Below, piece by piece: positions 1 to 6,669 of a DNA stretch of 30,828 nt (the stretch's first letter is position 1; the number at the start of each line of letters is the position of its first letter). A program made the position numbers and the translations under genes. The notes under the pieces are model-generated. The model was not told where the DNA came from. It did not search any database and was given only the letters and a program-made list of their open reading frames with translations. The DNA comes from Gaiellaceae bacterium (lineage in GTDB: Bacteria; Actinomycetota; Thermoleophilia; Gaiellales; Gaiellaceae): contig DASQCM010000209.1 of the NCBI GenBank assembly GCA_035634675.1, positions 1 to 30,828 on the forward strand, read 5' to 3'.

Positions 1-51
1 GATTCGCTCGAACGAGGGATTTCGGCCCGGGCCGAATAGCATCGGATCGCT

Positions 52-2253
52 GTGACTTCTGTACTCGAGTCGAGGCCGCCCCGCTTCACGGCGAAACAAG
101 CCGCGAAGATCGCGGCCGACGTCTTCGGCATCCACGGGAGCGCCTCCGACCTCGGCAGCGAGCGCGACCAGGCCTTCCTGATCGACGACGACGGCCGGGA
201 TGGCGTGCTCAAGATCTCGAACAGCGGGGAGGATCCTGCGGCGCTCGACCTCGAAGAGTCCGCGATCGCGCACGTTGTCGCCGTCGACCCGGACCTGCCA
301 ATGGCCCGGCCGCTCGCGCCAAGCGAGGCGATCGACGGCCACTTCGTCCGCCTATTCGAGCGCATACGCGGTCGCAAGGCCGGCCCCGAGCTCGACGACG
401 CTGCGGTGCGGCACGTCGCCGCAGTCCACGCACGCCTCTGCCTCGCGCTGCGGTCGTTCTTCCATCCCGCGGCGGGCCGCGAGCTGCTCTGGAACCTCCG
501 CGCGACGCCGCGGCTCCGGCCTCTGCTCGAGGAGATCGAGGAGCCGGAGAGGCAGGCCCTCGCCTCACGGACGATCGCCGGGTTCGAGGAGCGCGTGGCG
601 CCGGAATGGCCGCGCCTGCGGGCGCAGGTCGTGCACGGAGACTTCAACCTCGACAACCTCCTGCTCGACGAGCACGATTGCGTCGTCGGGATCCTCGACT
701 TCGGCGACTGCTGCCACAGCGCGCTCGCGGCCGACGTCGCCGTGCTGCTGGCATCGCTACTGCGCGGCCGCCCGCTGGACGACGCTTTCCGGGTCGCACG
801 GATCGCGCTCGACGGCTTCTCCTCCCGCGTCCCCCTCGAGCAGCTCGAGCTCGAGCTGCTCGGCGACCTTGTCGCCGCACGCCTTGCCGCGATCGTCTCG
901 ATCAGCGCCTGGCGCGGCCGCCGCTTTCCCGAGAATGCCGCCTACATCGAGGCCTGGGACAACGACTCGTGGCAGCTCCTCGAGCTGCTCGACGCGCTCG
1001 ATCCGGCGGAGGTGGCCCGGGAGCTCGGCGCCGGCCGCCGGCCCGTGGTGACCAGCGAGCTCGCTCGAAAGCGCGAGCGGTCGCTCGGCGCGCTCCTGAC
1101 GCCGCTCACGTACGCCCGTCCCGTCCACGCCGTCCGGGCCGAGGGCGTCTGGATCCACGAAGCCGACGGCGCCAGGCTCCTCGACGCCTACAACAACGTC
1201 CCGGTCGTGGGGCACTGCCACCCGCGCGTGACCGAGGCGGTCGTCCGCCAGACCCGGCTGAGCGCGGTGAACGCGCGTTACCTCGCGGAGCCGCTCGTCG
1301 AGCTGGCCGAGCGGCTGCTTGCGACGTTCCCGGAGGAGGCGGGTCTCGACACGGTGCTGCTCGTCAACTCGGGGAGCGAGGCGAACGACCTCGCATGGCG
1401 TCTCGCCGCAGGCGCGACGGGCCGCGACGGGGCGCTCGTGACCGACAACGCATATCACGGCGTCACCACGGCTGCGGCCGCGCTCTCGCCCGAGGACTGG
1501 CCTCCGGGGGACCCGCCGACTCGCATCGCGCGTATCCCACCGCCCGGTAACGGGGCGGCTCTCGACGAAGCGCTCGACGCCGCGCTCGACGAGCTCGACG
1601 GTGACCTCGCCGCGACGTTCCTCGACGGCTCGCTCATGAGCGACGGGATCTTCGTCCCCGAGGCTTCGGAGCTTCGCCTCCTCGTCGACTGGACGCACAA
1701 GGCAGGAGGGCTCTACGTCGCGGACGAGGTCCAGGCCGGCCACGGCCGCCTCGGCCCCGAGCTCTGGTCGTTCGCGCGCCACGGCATCGCACCGGACGTC
1801 GTCTCGCTCGGCAAGCCGATGGGGAACGGCTATCCCGTCGCCGCGGTCGTCACGCGGCGCGAGCTCGCCGAGCGGTTCCCGTATTCAGGCAGGACGTTCT
1901 CCACCTTCGGCGGCAACCCGGTCGCGGCGAGCGCCGCCCTCGCCGTGCTCGACGTGCTCGAAGACGAGCGGCTCCCGGAGCAGGCGGCCGGCGTGGGCGA
2001 GCGCCTGCGAGCAGCGATCGCTGGACTCCGCAAACGGAACGTGGTGGAGGTACGCGGCAGAGGCCTCCTCGCAGGCGTCCAGCTCTCGAGCAGCGAGCTA
2101 GCCGGACGGGTCGTCGACGCGCTACGCGACGAAGGCGTTCTCGTCGGACTGACAGGCAAACACGACGACGTTGTCAAGATCCGGCCGCCGCTCGTCTTCG
2201 GCGACGAGCACGCGGAGCTGCTCGTCACGGCGCTCGACCGCGTCCTGCCCTAA
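52..2253 (+). CDS. Fusion of an APH/choline-kinase-like phosphotransferase (N-term) and a class-III PLP aminotransferase-family domain (C-term); hydroxylysine kinase/phospho-lyase (AGPHD1-AGXT2L)-like, 733 aa
   Basis: N-term ERDQAF, VLKI, HGDFNLDNLL, ILDFGD kinase motifs; C-term LDAYNNVPVVGHCHP, NSGSEANDLA, ADEVQAG, SLGKPMGNG (PLP Lys), STFGGNP, KIRPPL. GTG start 9 nt after a TAGCAT -10-like hexamer. Confidence 0.85.
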   Translation: MTSVLESRPPRFTAKQAAKIAADVFGIHGSASDLGSERDQAFLIDDDGRDGVLKISNSGEDPAALDLEESAIAHVVAVDPDLPMARPLAPSEAIDGHFVRLFERIRGRKAGPELDDAAVRHVAAVHARLCLALRSFFHPAAGRELLWNLRATPRLRPLLEEIEEPERQALASRTIAGFEERVAPEWPRLRAQVVHGDFNLDNLLLDEHDCVVGILDFGDCCHSALAADVAVLLASLLRGRPLDDAFRVARIALDGFSSRVPLEQLELELLGDLVAARLAAIVSISAWRGRRFPENAAYIEAWDNDSWQLLELLDALDPAEVARELGAGRRPVVTSELARKRERSLGALLTPLTYARPVHAVRAEGVWIHEADGARLLDAYNNVPVVGHCHPRVTEAVVRQTRLSAVNARYLAEPLVELAERLLATFPEEAGLDTVLLVNSGSEANDLAWRLAAGATGRDGALVTDNAYHGVTTAAAALSPEDWPPGDPPTRIARIPPPGNGAALDEALDAALDELDGDLAATFLDGSLMSDGIFVPEASELRLLVDWTHKAGGLYVADEVQAGHGRLGPELWSFARHGIAPDVVSLGKPMGNGYPVAAVVTRRELAERFPYSGRTFSTFGGNPVAASAALAVLDVLEDERLPEQAAGVGERLRAAIAGLRKRNVVEVRGRGLLAGVQLSSSELAGRVVDALRDEGVLVGLTGKHDDVVKIRPPLVFGDEHAELLVTALDRVLP

Positions 2254-2292
2254 CAGTGACGTTTCGGCAACGAAGTCGTATCGTCCCGCGCA

Positions 2293-2844
2293 ATGGCCGT
2301 GGAGAAGACCGATGCCCAACTCGTTTCGCGTTGCCGTGACGGCGATCCCGCCGCCTGGAACGAGTTCGTGGAGCGGTTCTCGCGCTACGTCTATGCCATC
2401 TGCGGCCGCGGCTTCCGCCTCGCGCAGCAGGACGCCGAGGACGTCTTCCAGGAAGTCTTCGCCCGCGCCTACGAGCGGCTCCCGGAGCTGCGGAGCGACG
2501 ACGCCGTGCGCCCGTGGCTCGCGCAGCTGACGCGACGCCTCTGCATCGACAAGCTACGCCTGCTCGCGCGCGACACGCCGTCGGACACCGAGCCGGACGA
2601 GCGGGAGGTCGACGACCTGCTCGCGTCGCTCGACGACGCGATGACCGTGCGCGCTGCTCTCGACAAGGTCGGCGACCCGTGTCGCGAGATCCTCGACCGC
2701 TTCTTCTGCCGCGACGAGAGCTATCACACCATCGGCGAGGCCCTCGAAATCCCGGCCGGCACCATCGCCAGCCGCATCTCCCGCTGCCTCGAAAAAGTTC
2801 GTGGAGAATTCGATGGAAGGAGTCGGGGCTCTCGCCCGTCATGA
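2293..2844 (+). CDS. ECF-type sigma-70 factor, 183 aa
   Basis: Region 2 (AWNEFVERF...DAEDVFQEVF...WLAQLTRRLCIDKLR) and region 4 HTH (ESYHTIGEALEIPAGTIASRISR); no region 3. Confidence 0.92.
   Translation: MAVEKTDAQLVSRCRDGDPAAWNEFVERFSRYVYAICGRGFRLAQQDAEDVFQEVFARAYERLPELRSDDAVRPWLAQLTRRLCIDKLRLLARDTPSDTEPDEREVDDLLASLDDAMTVRAALDKVGDPCREILDRFFCRDESYHTIGEALEIPAGTIASRISRCLEKVRGEFDGRSRGSRPS
2815..2842 (+). promoter_or_regulatory. Third ECF-type promoter copy, inside the 3' end of the sigma gene, upstream of the 84-aa ORF
   Basis: GGAAGG-AGTCGGGGCTCTCGCC(16 nt)-CGTCAT; same spacing as the two peptide promoters. Confidence 0.5.
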
Positions 2845-2852
2845 GGAGTGAG

Positions 2853-3107
2853 ATGAACGCTTACGACGAGGAGCGCATCGGCCGCTTGCTACGCCTTCTG
2901 CCACCCGCGCCCGAGGGTTGGGTGCGAGCTGCACAGGAGCTGCCGGCCGCGCGTGCGATGCTCGACGAGCTCGTCGCGCGTGCCGAGCAGGACGCCGCTT
3001 TCCGGCTTCAGCTCCTGGCCGATCTCGAGCGCGCCGTCGCCGCGGCCGGTTACGAGCCCTCGCCGTACGTCGTCTCGCGGCTGCGCCAGCTAATCGAGGC
3101 GGTCTAG
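2853..3107 (+). CDS. 84-aa hypothetical protein; candidate anti-sigma/partner with an NHLP-leader-like C-terminal helix
   Basis: ATG at 2853 after GAGGAG, directly downstream of the sigma gene. MNAYDEERIGRLLRLLPPAPEGWVRAAQELP...LDELVARAEQDAAFRLQLLADLERAVAAAGYEP. This is the 3' part of the 2514..3107 ORF-track entry. Confidence 0.7.
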   Translation: MNAYDEERIGRLLRLLPPAPEGWVRAAQELPAARAMLDELVARAEQDAAFRLQLLADLERAVAAAGYEPSPYVVSRLRQLIEAV

Positions 3108-3145
3108 AACAGCGCGGGACGCGGCCCCGGTGAGACACTGACGCG

Positions 3146-3721
3146 GTGCTCACGGGCCTCTCCCTCCCCGCGCTCCTCGAAGAGCTGGCTGCGCCGCGCG
3201 AGGTTCCGGGCGCCGGCTCCGCTCTCGCAGTCGCCCTGGCGGCGGCAGCCGCCGTCGTGCAGATGACCGCGCGCCTGTCGCCCGAGAGCTGGGCGGAGGC
3301 GGCAGGCGTCGCCGCTCAGGCCGATTCGCTGCGGGAGCGGGCGGCGAGGCTCGTCGACGAGGACGCGGAGGCGTACGGGCGGGCGCTCGAGGCCCGCGCG
3401 GCGGTGGACGAGGGCCAGAAGCCGGAAAGCCGCGACTGGGCTCTCGGGCAGGTCACGGCGGCCGCAGCCGAGCCGCCGCTGGACCTCGCACGCCTGGCCG
3501 CGGACGTGGCGGAGCTCTGCGCGGCCGCCGGCCCGCGGGTGGAGGTGCGCGTCCACGCCGACGTGGCAGCTGCGGCCGCCCTCGCAGCCGCCGTCGCGCG
3601 CGGCGCGCGCGAGCTCGTGGCCGTCAATCTCACCGCCCTCCCAGGTGACGGCCGCATCGAGGAGGCTGACCGGCTCGTCGCAGTCGCCGACGCCGCGGCC
3701 GCGAGGGTCGCCGGCGCATGA
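3146..3721 (+). CDS. Formiminotransferase-cyclodeaminase C-terminal (FTCD_C / cyclodeaminase-cyclohydrolase) family protein, 191 aa
   Basis: SLPALLEELAAPREVPGAGSALA matches the family's PGGGS N-terminal motif; LVDEDAEAY, AAEPPL and RELVAVNL motifs; all-helical and Ala-rich. Confidence 0.75.
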   Translation: MLTGLSLPALLEELAAPREVPGAGSALAVALAAAAAVVQMTARLSPESWAEAAGVAAQADSLRERAARLVDEDAEAYGRALEARAAVDEGQKPESRDWALGQVTAAAAEPPLDLARLAADVAELCAAAGPRVEVRVHADVAAAAALAAAVARGARELVAVNLTALPGDGRIEEADRLVAVADAAAARVAGA

Positions 3722-3722
3722 A

Positions 3723-3749
3723 GAAGGCCCGGCTGAGGACCGGGCCTTC
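3723..3749. terminator. Hairpin between convergent FTCD_C and peptide gene 1 (likely bidirectional terminator)
   Basis: GAAGGCCCGG-ctgagga-CCGGGCCTTC, perfect 10-bp stem; shares its stem sequence with the hairpin at 4036-4063. Confidence 0.7.
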
Positions 3750-3784
3750 AGGTGACACTCAGATTGTTCGCGCGAGAGTCGGAT

Positions 3785-3952
3785 CTAGATGTGGCGGGGC
3801 GAGTCCATCCGGACGTTCGCCTTCCGCACGTGCGCCTCGACCTCGTCCTCGTCGTCGCCCTCGGCGACCGGCTCGTCGGTCATACCGTGACCGCCGCCAT
3901 GACGGACGTGGCCCTCGACCTCGTCCTCGTCCTTGCGCTGCTCGTCCGACAT
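3785..3952 (-). CDS. Small acidic cassette peptide 1 (55 aa), candidate precursor: MSDEQRKDEDEVEGHVRHGGGHGMTDEPVAEGDDEDEVEAHVRKANVRMDSPRHI
   Basis: ATG at 3952 preceded by AAGGAGGAGCA; paralogous to 4080..4274; own promoter-like motif and downstream hairpin. The true start is internal to the 126-aa ORF-track entry. Confidence 0.85.
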   Translation of the reverse strand: MSDEQRKDEDEVEGHVRHGGGHGMTDEPVAEGDDEDEVEAHVRKANVRMDSPRHI

Positions 3953-3995
3953 TGCTCCTCCTTGGAATCTCTGCGCCATCCGGCGCTGTCGACCA

Positions 3996-4025
3996 CTAGA
4001 CGACGGACGCCGGACAAATCTTCCC
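3996..4025 (-). promoter_or_regulatory. Putative ECF-sigma promoter of peptide gene 1
   Basis: Minus strand reads GGGAAGA-TTTGTCCGGCGTCCGT(16 nt)-CGTCTAG; same boxes and spacing as 4325-4354. Confidence 0.7.
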
Positions 4026-4033
4026 GGGACCGC

Positions 4034-4063
4034 AAAAAGGCCCGGCACTCGGGCCGGGCCTTT
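4034..4063 (-). terminator. Rho-independent terminator after peptide gene 2
   Basis: 11-bp stem AAAGGCCCGGC/GCCGGGCCTTT with a 6-nt loop, ending in a T5 run on the minus strand, about 16 nt after the stop codon. Confidence 0.8.
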
Positions 4064-4079
4064 CGCGTGAAAGGTAGGC

Positions 4080-4274
4080 CTAGATGTGCCGCGGCTGGGA
4101 CTTGCGAACGTGCGCCTCGACCTCGTCGTCGCTCTCGGGCTCGTCGTTGATTCCGTGGCCGCCACCGTGGCGGACGTGGCCCTCGACGTCGCTCTCGTCG
4201 GTCATACCGTGACCGCCGCCATGACGGACGTGGCCCTCGACCTCGTCCTCGTCCTTGCGCACCTCGTCCGACAT
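4080..4274 (-). CDS. Small acidic cassette peptide 2 (64 aa), candidate precursor: MSDEVRKDEDEVEGHVRHGGGHGMTDESDVEGHVRHGGGHGINDEPESDDEVEAHVRKSQPRHI
   Basis: ATG preceded by AAAGGAGGAGCA; three [D/E]VE[G/A]HVR cassettes; the two HVRHGGGHG copies differ at 5 synonymous positions with no amino-acid change. Confidence 0.88.
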   Translation of the reverse strand: MSDEVRKDEDEVEGHVRHGGGHGMTDESDVEGHVRHGGGHGINDEPESDDEVEAHVRKSQPRHI

Positions 4275-4324
4275 TGCTCCTCCTTTAGAAGTCTTTGCGC
4301 CTCGTATGTGGCGCTGTCATCTCT

Positions 4325-4354
4325 CTAGACGGTCCTGGGAGGACGAATCTTCCC
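4325..4354 (-). promoter_or_regulatory. Putative ECF-sigma promoter of peptide gene 2
   Basis: Minus strand reads GGGAAGA-TTCGTCCTCCCAGGAC(16 nt)-CGTCTAG. Confidence 0.7.
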
Positions 4355-4399
4355 ACCGACCCTTCAAATTCGCAACACAGCCTGAGATCCTCCTCGGTT

Positions 4400-6040
4400 G
4401 TGAGCCCCTTCGCCGCTTCGCTCCACGCCTTTCGGGGGGTCTTCGCGAACCGGCAGGTTCGCAAGCTCCAGATCGCCGACGTCGGCGCGACCCTTGGCGG
4501 CTGGGCCTACGCCGTCGCGCTACCCGTCTACGCCTACCACGCCGGCGGCGCCCGCGCCGTCGGGCTCCTGTTCTTCGCCCGCTTCGTCTTCGCAGCCCTC
4601 GCTGCTCCGTGGCTCGGCGTCGCCGCCGACCGTTGGTCGCGGCGCCAGCTGATGTTGATCACGGACATCTTCCGAGCCGCACTCTGCGGCGGCATGACGG
4701 CCGTGGCCGTCACCAGCGGCAACGCCTACGCCGTCTACGTGCTGGCGGTGCTCTCGTCGGTGGCATCCGTGGCGTACAGCCCGGCACAGGGAGCACTGCT
4801 GCCGTTGCTCGTAGAGACTCCCGAAGAGCTCACCGCAGCGAACGTCGTCAGCAACACCATCTCGAGCGTGGGCATGTTCGCCGGACCGGCGCTCGGCGGG
4901 ATATTGCTGGCGCTGAGCGGACCCGCCGCTGTCTTCGCCTTCAACGGCGCCGTCCTCGTCTGGTCGGCGGCTTTCGTAGTCCAGGTGCCGCGCGACAAAC
5001 CACCCGAGAGAACGGAGCGCCCGCGCCTCTGGCCGGAGCTGACAGCGGGATTCTCAGCGGTGCTGCGACGGCCGGCGCTCAGAGTCATCGTCGGCCTCAC
5101 CGGTGCCCAGACCCTTACGTCAGGTCTGCTCGAGGTGCTGCTCGTGGTACTGGCCATCAACCTTCTCCACGCTGGCAATGCCGGGGTCGGCTGGCTCAAC
5201 GCCGCGATCGGCATCGGCAGCATCGTGGGCGCCTTCGTCGTAGCCGTCGTCGCCGCACGGCGTCGGCTTGCAACAGGCTTCGCGCTCGGGATCGTCGTCT
5301 CGGTGGTCCCGATCGCGCTCGCCGCGGGGGTCTCCACGCTGGCACCTGCACTCGTCCTCTTCGGCATCATCGGTGCCGGCTCCGTCCTCGTGGAGGTGGG
5401 AGGGATCACGCTGCTCCAGCGCTCGACCGAGAACGAGGTGCTAGGGCGCGTCTTCGCCGTCATGGAGACCACGATCCTCGGCGCGCTGGCCATCGGCTCG
5501 CTCGTGGCGCCGGCCCTCGTGAGCTGGCTCGGCTCGAAGGGCGCGCTTATCGCGACAGGCGTCTTCTTACCCCCGCTTCTCCTGCCGCTCTGGCCGAGCC
5601 TGCGGCGCATCGATGCCGAGGCTGTGATCGCGGAAGAGCCGCTCGAGCTGCTCCGGAGGATCGAGATCTTCGCGGAACTGCCGGAGCCTGTGCTCGAGCG
5701 GCTGGCGGGCGGCGCGACCGGAGTTTCCACGGCCGCGGGTCAGGTCGTGATCGCCCTGGGAGAGGTCGGCAACCACTACTACGTCATCGCAGCGGGACGG
5801 GCCGTCGTCGAGCCCGAGGAGGGCGCGAAGCGGGAACTCGGGCCCGGCGAGGGGTTCGGCGAGATCGCCCTACTGCGCGACGTGCCGCGAACGGCAACGG
5901 TGCGGGCGGTCGAACCGCTCCAGCTCTACGCGATCAAGCGTGACGACTTCCTCGCCGCGGTCACCGGACATGCGCCGACCCTCGCGGCGGCGGAGAACTT
6001 CGTCCTGTCGCGTCTTCCCGCAGGCGCGCTTCTCGGCTAG
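4400..6040 (+). CDS. MFS transporter fused to a C-terminal cyclic-nucleotide-binding (CAP_ED) domain, about 546 aa
   Basis: About 12 hydrophobic segments, motif A-like GVAADRWSRR; C-term GEVGNHYYVI and GEGFGEIALLRDVPRTATV phosphate-binding cassette. GTG 4400 chosen as start because it follows a TGA-GATCCT -10-like element. Confidence 0.88.
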   Translation: MSPFAASLHAFRGVFANRQVRKLQIADVGATLGGWAYAVALPVYAYHAGGARAVGLLFFARFVFAALAAPWLGVAADRWSRRQLMLITDIFRAALCGGMTAVAVTSGNAYAVYVLAVLSSVASVAYSPAQGALLPLLVETPEELTAANVVSNTISSVGMFAGPALGGILLALSGPAAVFAFNGAVLVWSAAFVVQVPRDKPPERTERPRLWPELTAGFSAVLRRPALRVIVGLTGAQTLTSGLLEVLLVVLAINLLHAGNAGVGWLNAAIGIGSIVGAFVVAVVAARRRLATGFALGIVVSVVPIALAAGVSTLAPALVLFGIIGAGSVLVEVGGITLLQRSTENEVLGRVFAVMETTILGALAIGSLVAPALVSWLGSKGALIATGVFLPPLLLPLWPSLRRIDAEAVIAEEPLELLRRIEIFAELPEPVLERLAGGATGVSTAAGQVVIALGEVGNHYYVIAAGRAVVEPEEGAKRELGPGEGFGEIALLRDVPRTATVRAVEPLQLYAIKRDDFLAAVTGHAPTLAAAENFVLSRLPAGALLG

Positions 6041-6669
6041 CCCGACGTCTCCGCGAGAACGCGCTCGAGCGCGCGGAGCAGGTCGAACGCCGCATCGCGG
6101 TCCTCCTCCTCGAGCCGCGCCGCCACTCGCGCCAGCGGGGCGAGCCGGCCCTCCCCCGCGAGCGCCTCGCGCGCCCTGCGTGCCCGCTGCAGGAGGTCGA
6201 GCGCGATCGCAGCCTGGTTCGCGAACAGGCCGAGCAGGTCGATCTCCCTCAACCTCACCCTCGACTCCGGCGGCCGGTCGAGCACCTGGAGCACTCCCAG
6301 CGCGCGCTCCTCGACAAGCAGCGGCACCGACATCATGCTCTTCGGCACGTACCCGGTCGACTCCGCCTGTGAGCGAGACCAGCGCGTGTCGGCGGTCAGG
6401 TCGTCGACGACGAGCGGTTGTCGCGTGGTGAGCACCCAGCCCGCGATCCCATTCCCGGCCGGGAAGCGCATGCCGATCAGCTCTCCCTCCCCCTCGCCCG
6501 CGACGGCCTCGAAGACGAGCTCCTCGGCCTCCTCGTCGAGCAGGAAGACGGACGCGGCCTTCGCGCCGAAGATCGCCCGTGCCACCTCGACCGTGGCCTG
6601 CAGCAGCGAGCGATGCGCCTCGTCCGCCCCGATCACTCCGGCCGCGACGGCCGCTTCGAGGTCGCTCAT
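6037..6669 (-). CDS. Stand-alone GAF-domain protein, about 210 aa
   Basis: ARAIFGAKAASVFLLDEEAEELVFEAVAG...GIAGWV...PLVVDD...SMMSVPL...LGVLQVLD...DLLGLFANQAAIAL. ATG 6669 overlaps the S8 stop codon (ATGA). Confidence 0.85.
   Translation of the reverse strand: MSDLEAAVAAGVIGADEAHRSLLQATVEVARAIFGAKAASVFLLDEEAEELVFEAVAGEGEGELIGMRFPAGNGIAGWVLTTRQPLVVDDLTADTRWSRSQAESTGYVPKSMMSVPLLVEERALGVLQVLDRPPESRVRLREIDLLGLFANQAAIALDLLQRARRAREALAGEGRLAPLARVAARLEEEDRDAAFDLLRALERVLAETSG

Larger units (their letters stand above)
3872..4285. repeat. Direct repeat: 92-nt block 3872-3963 vs 4194-4285 (2 mismatches), plus an internal 54-nt cassette duplication in peptide gene 2
   Basis: Aligned by eye at offset 322 nt; the only mismatches are 3939-3940 vs 4261-4262 (Gln vs Val codon). 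Confidence 0.9.

Noticed and set aside
52-1050. APH domain as an aminoglycoside resistance gene
   Set aside because: It is fused to a class-III PLP domain, which fits the metabolic hydroxylysine-kinase/phospho-lyase type rather than a stand-alone APH.
3785-4285. Repeats as a possible CRISPR array or transposon ends
   Set aside because: The repeats are in-frame coding cassettes with no constant repeat/unique spacer pattern; no cas or transposase genes are present.
3752-4328. Plus-strand ORFs 3752..4150 and 4086..4328 with repeated LDLVLV/VGHTVTAA motifs
   Set aside because: They are antisense shadows of the peptide genes. RBS, promoters, terminators and the synonymous-substitution pattern all favour the minus strand.
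6037-6040. Overlapping convergent stop codons (CTAG) and short 3' overlaps (gltA/AKR, dinB/dehydratase)
   Set aside because: Common in compact GC-rich genomes; no specific function is indicated.
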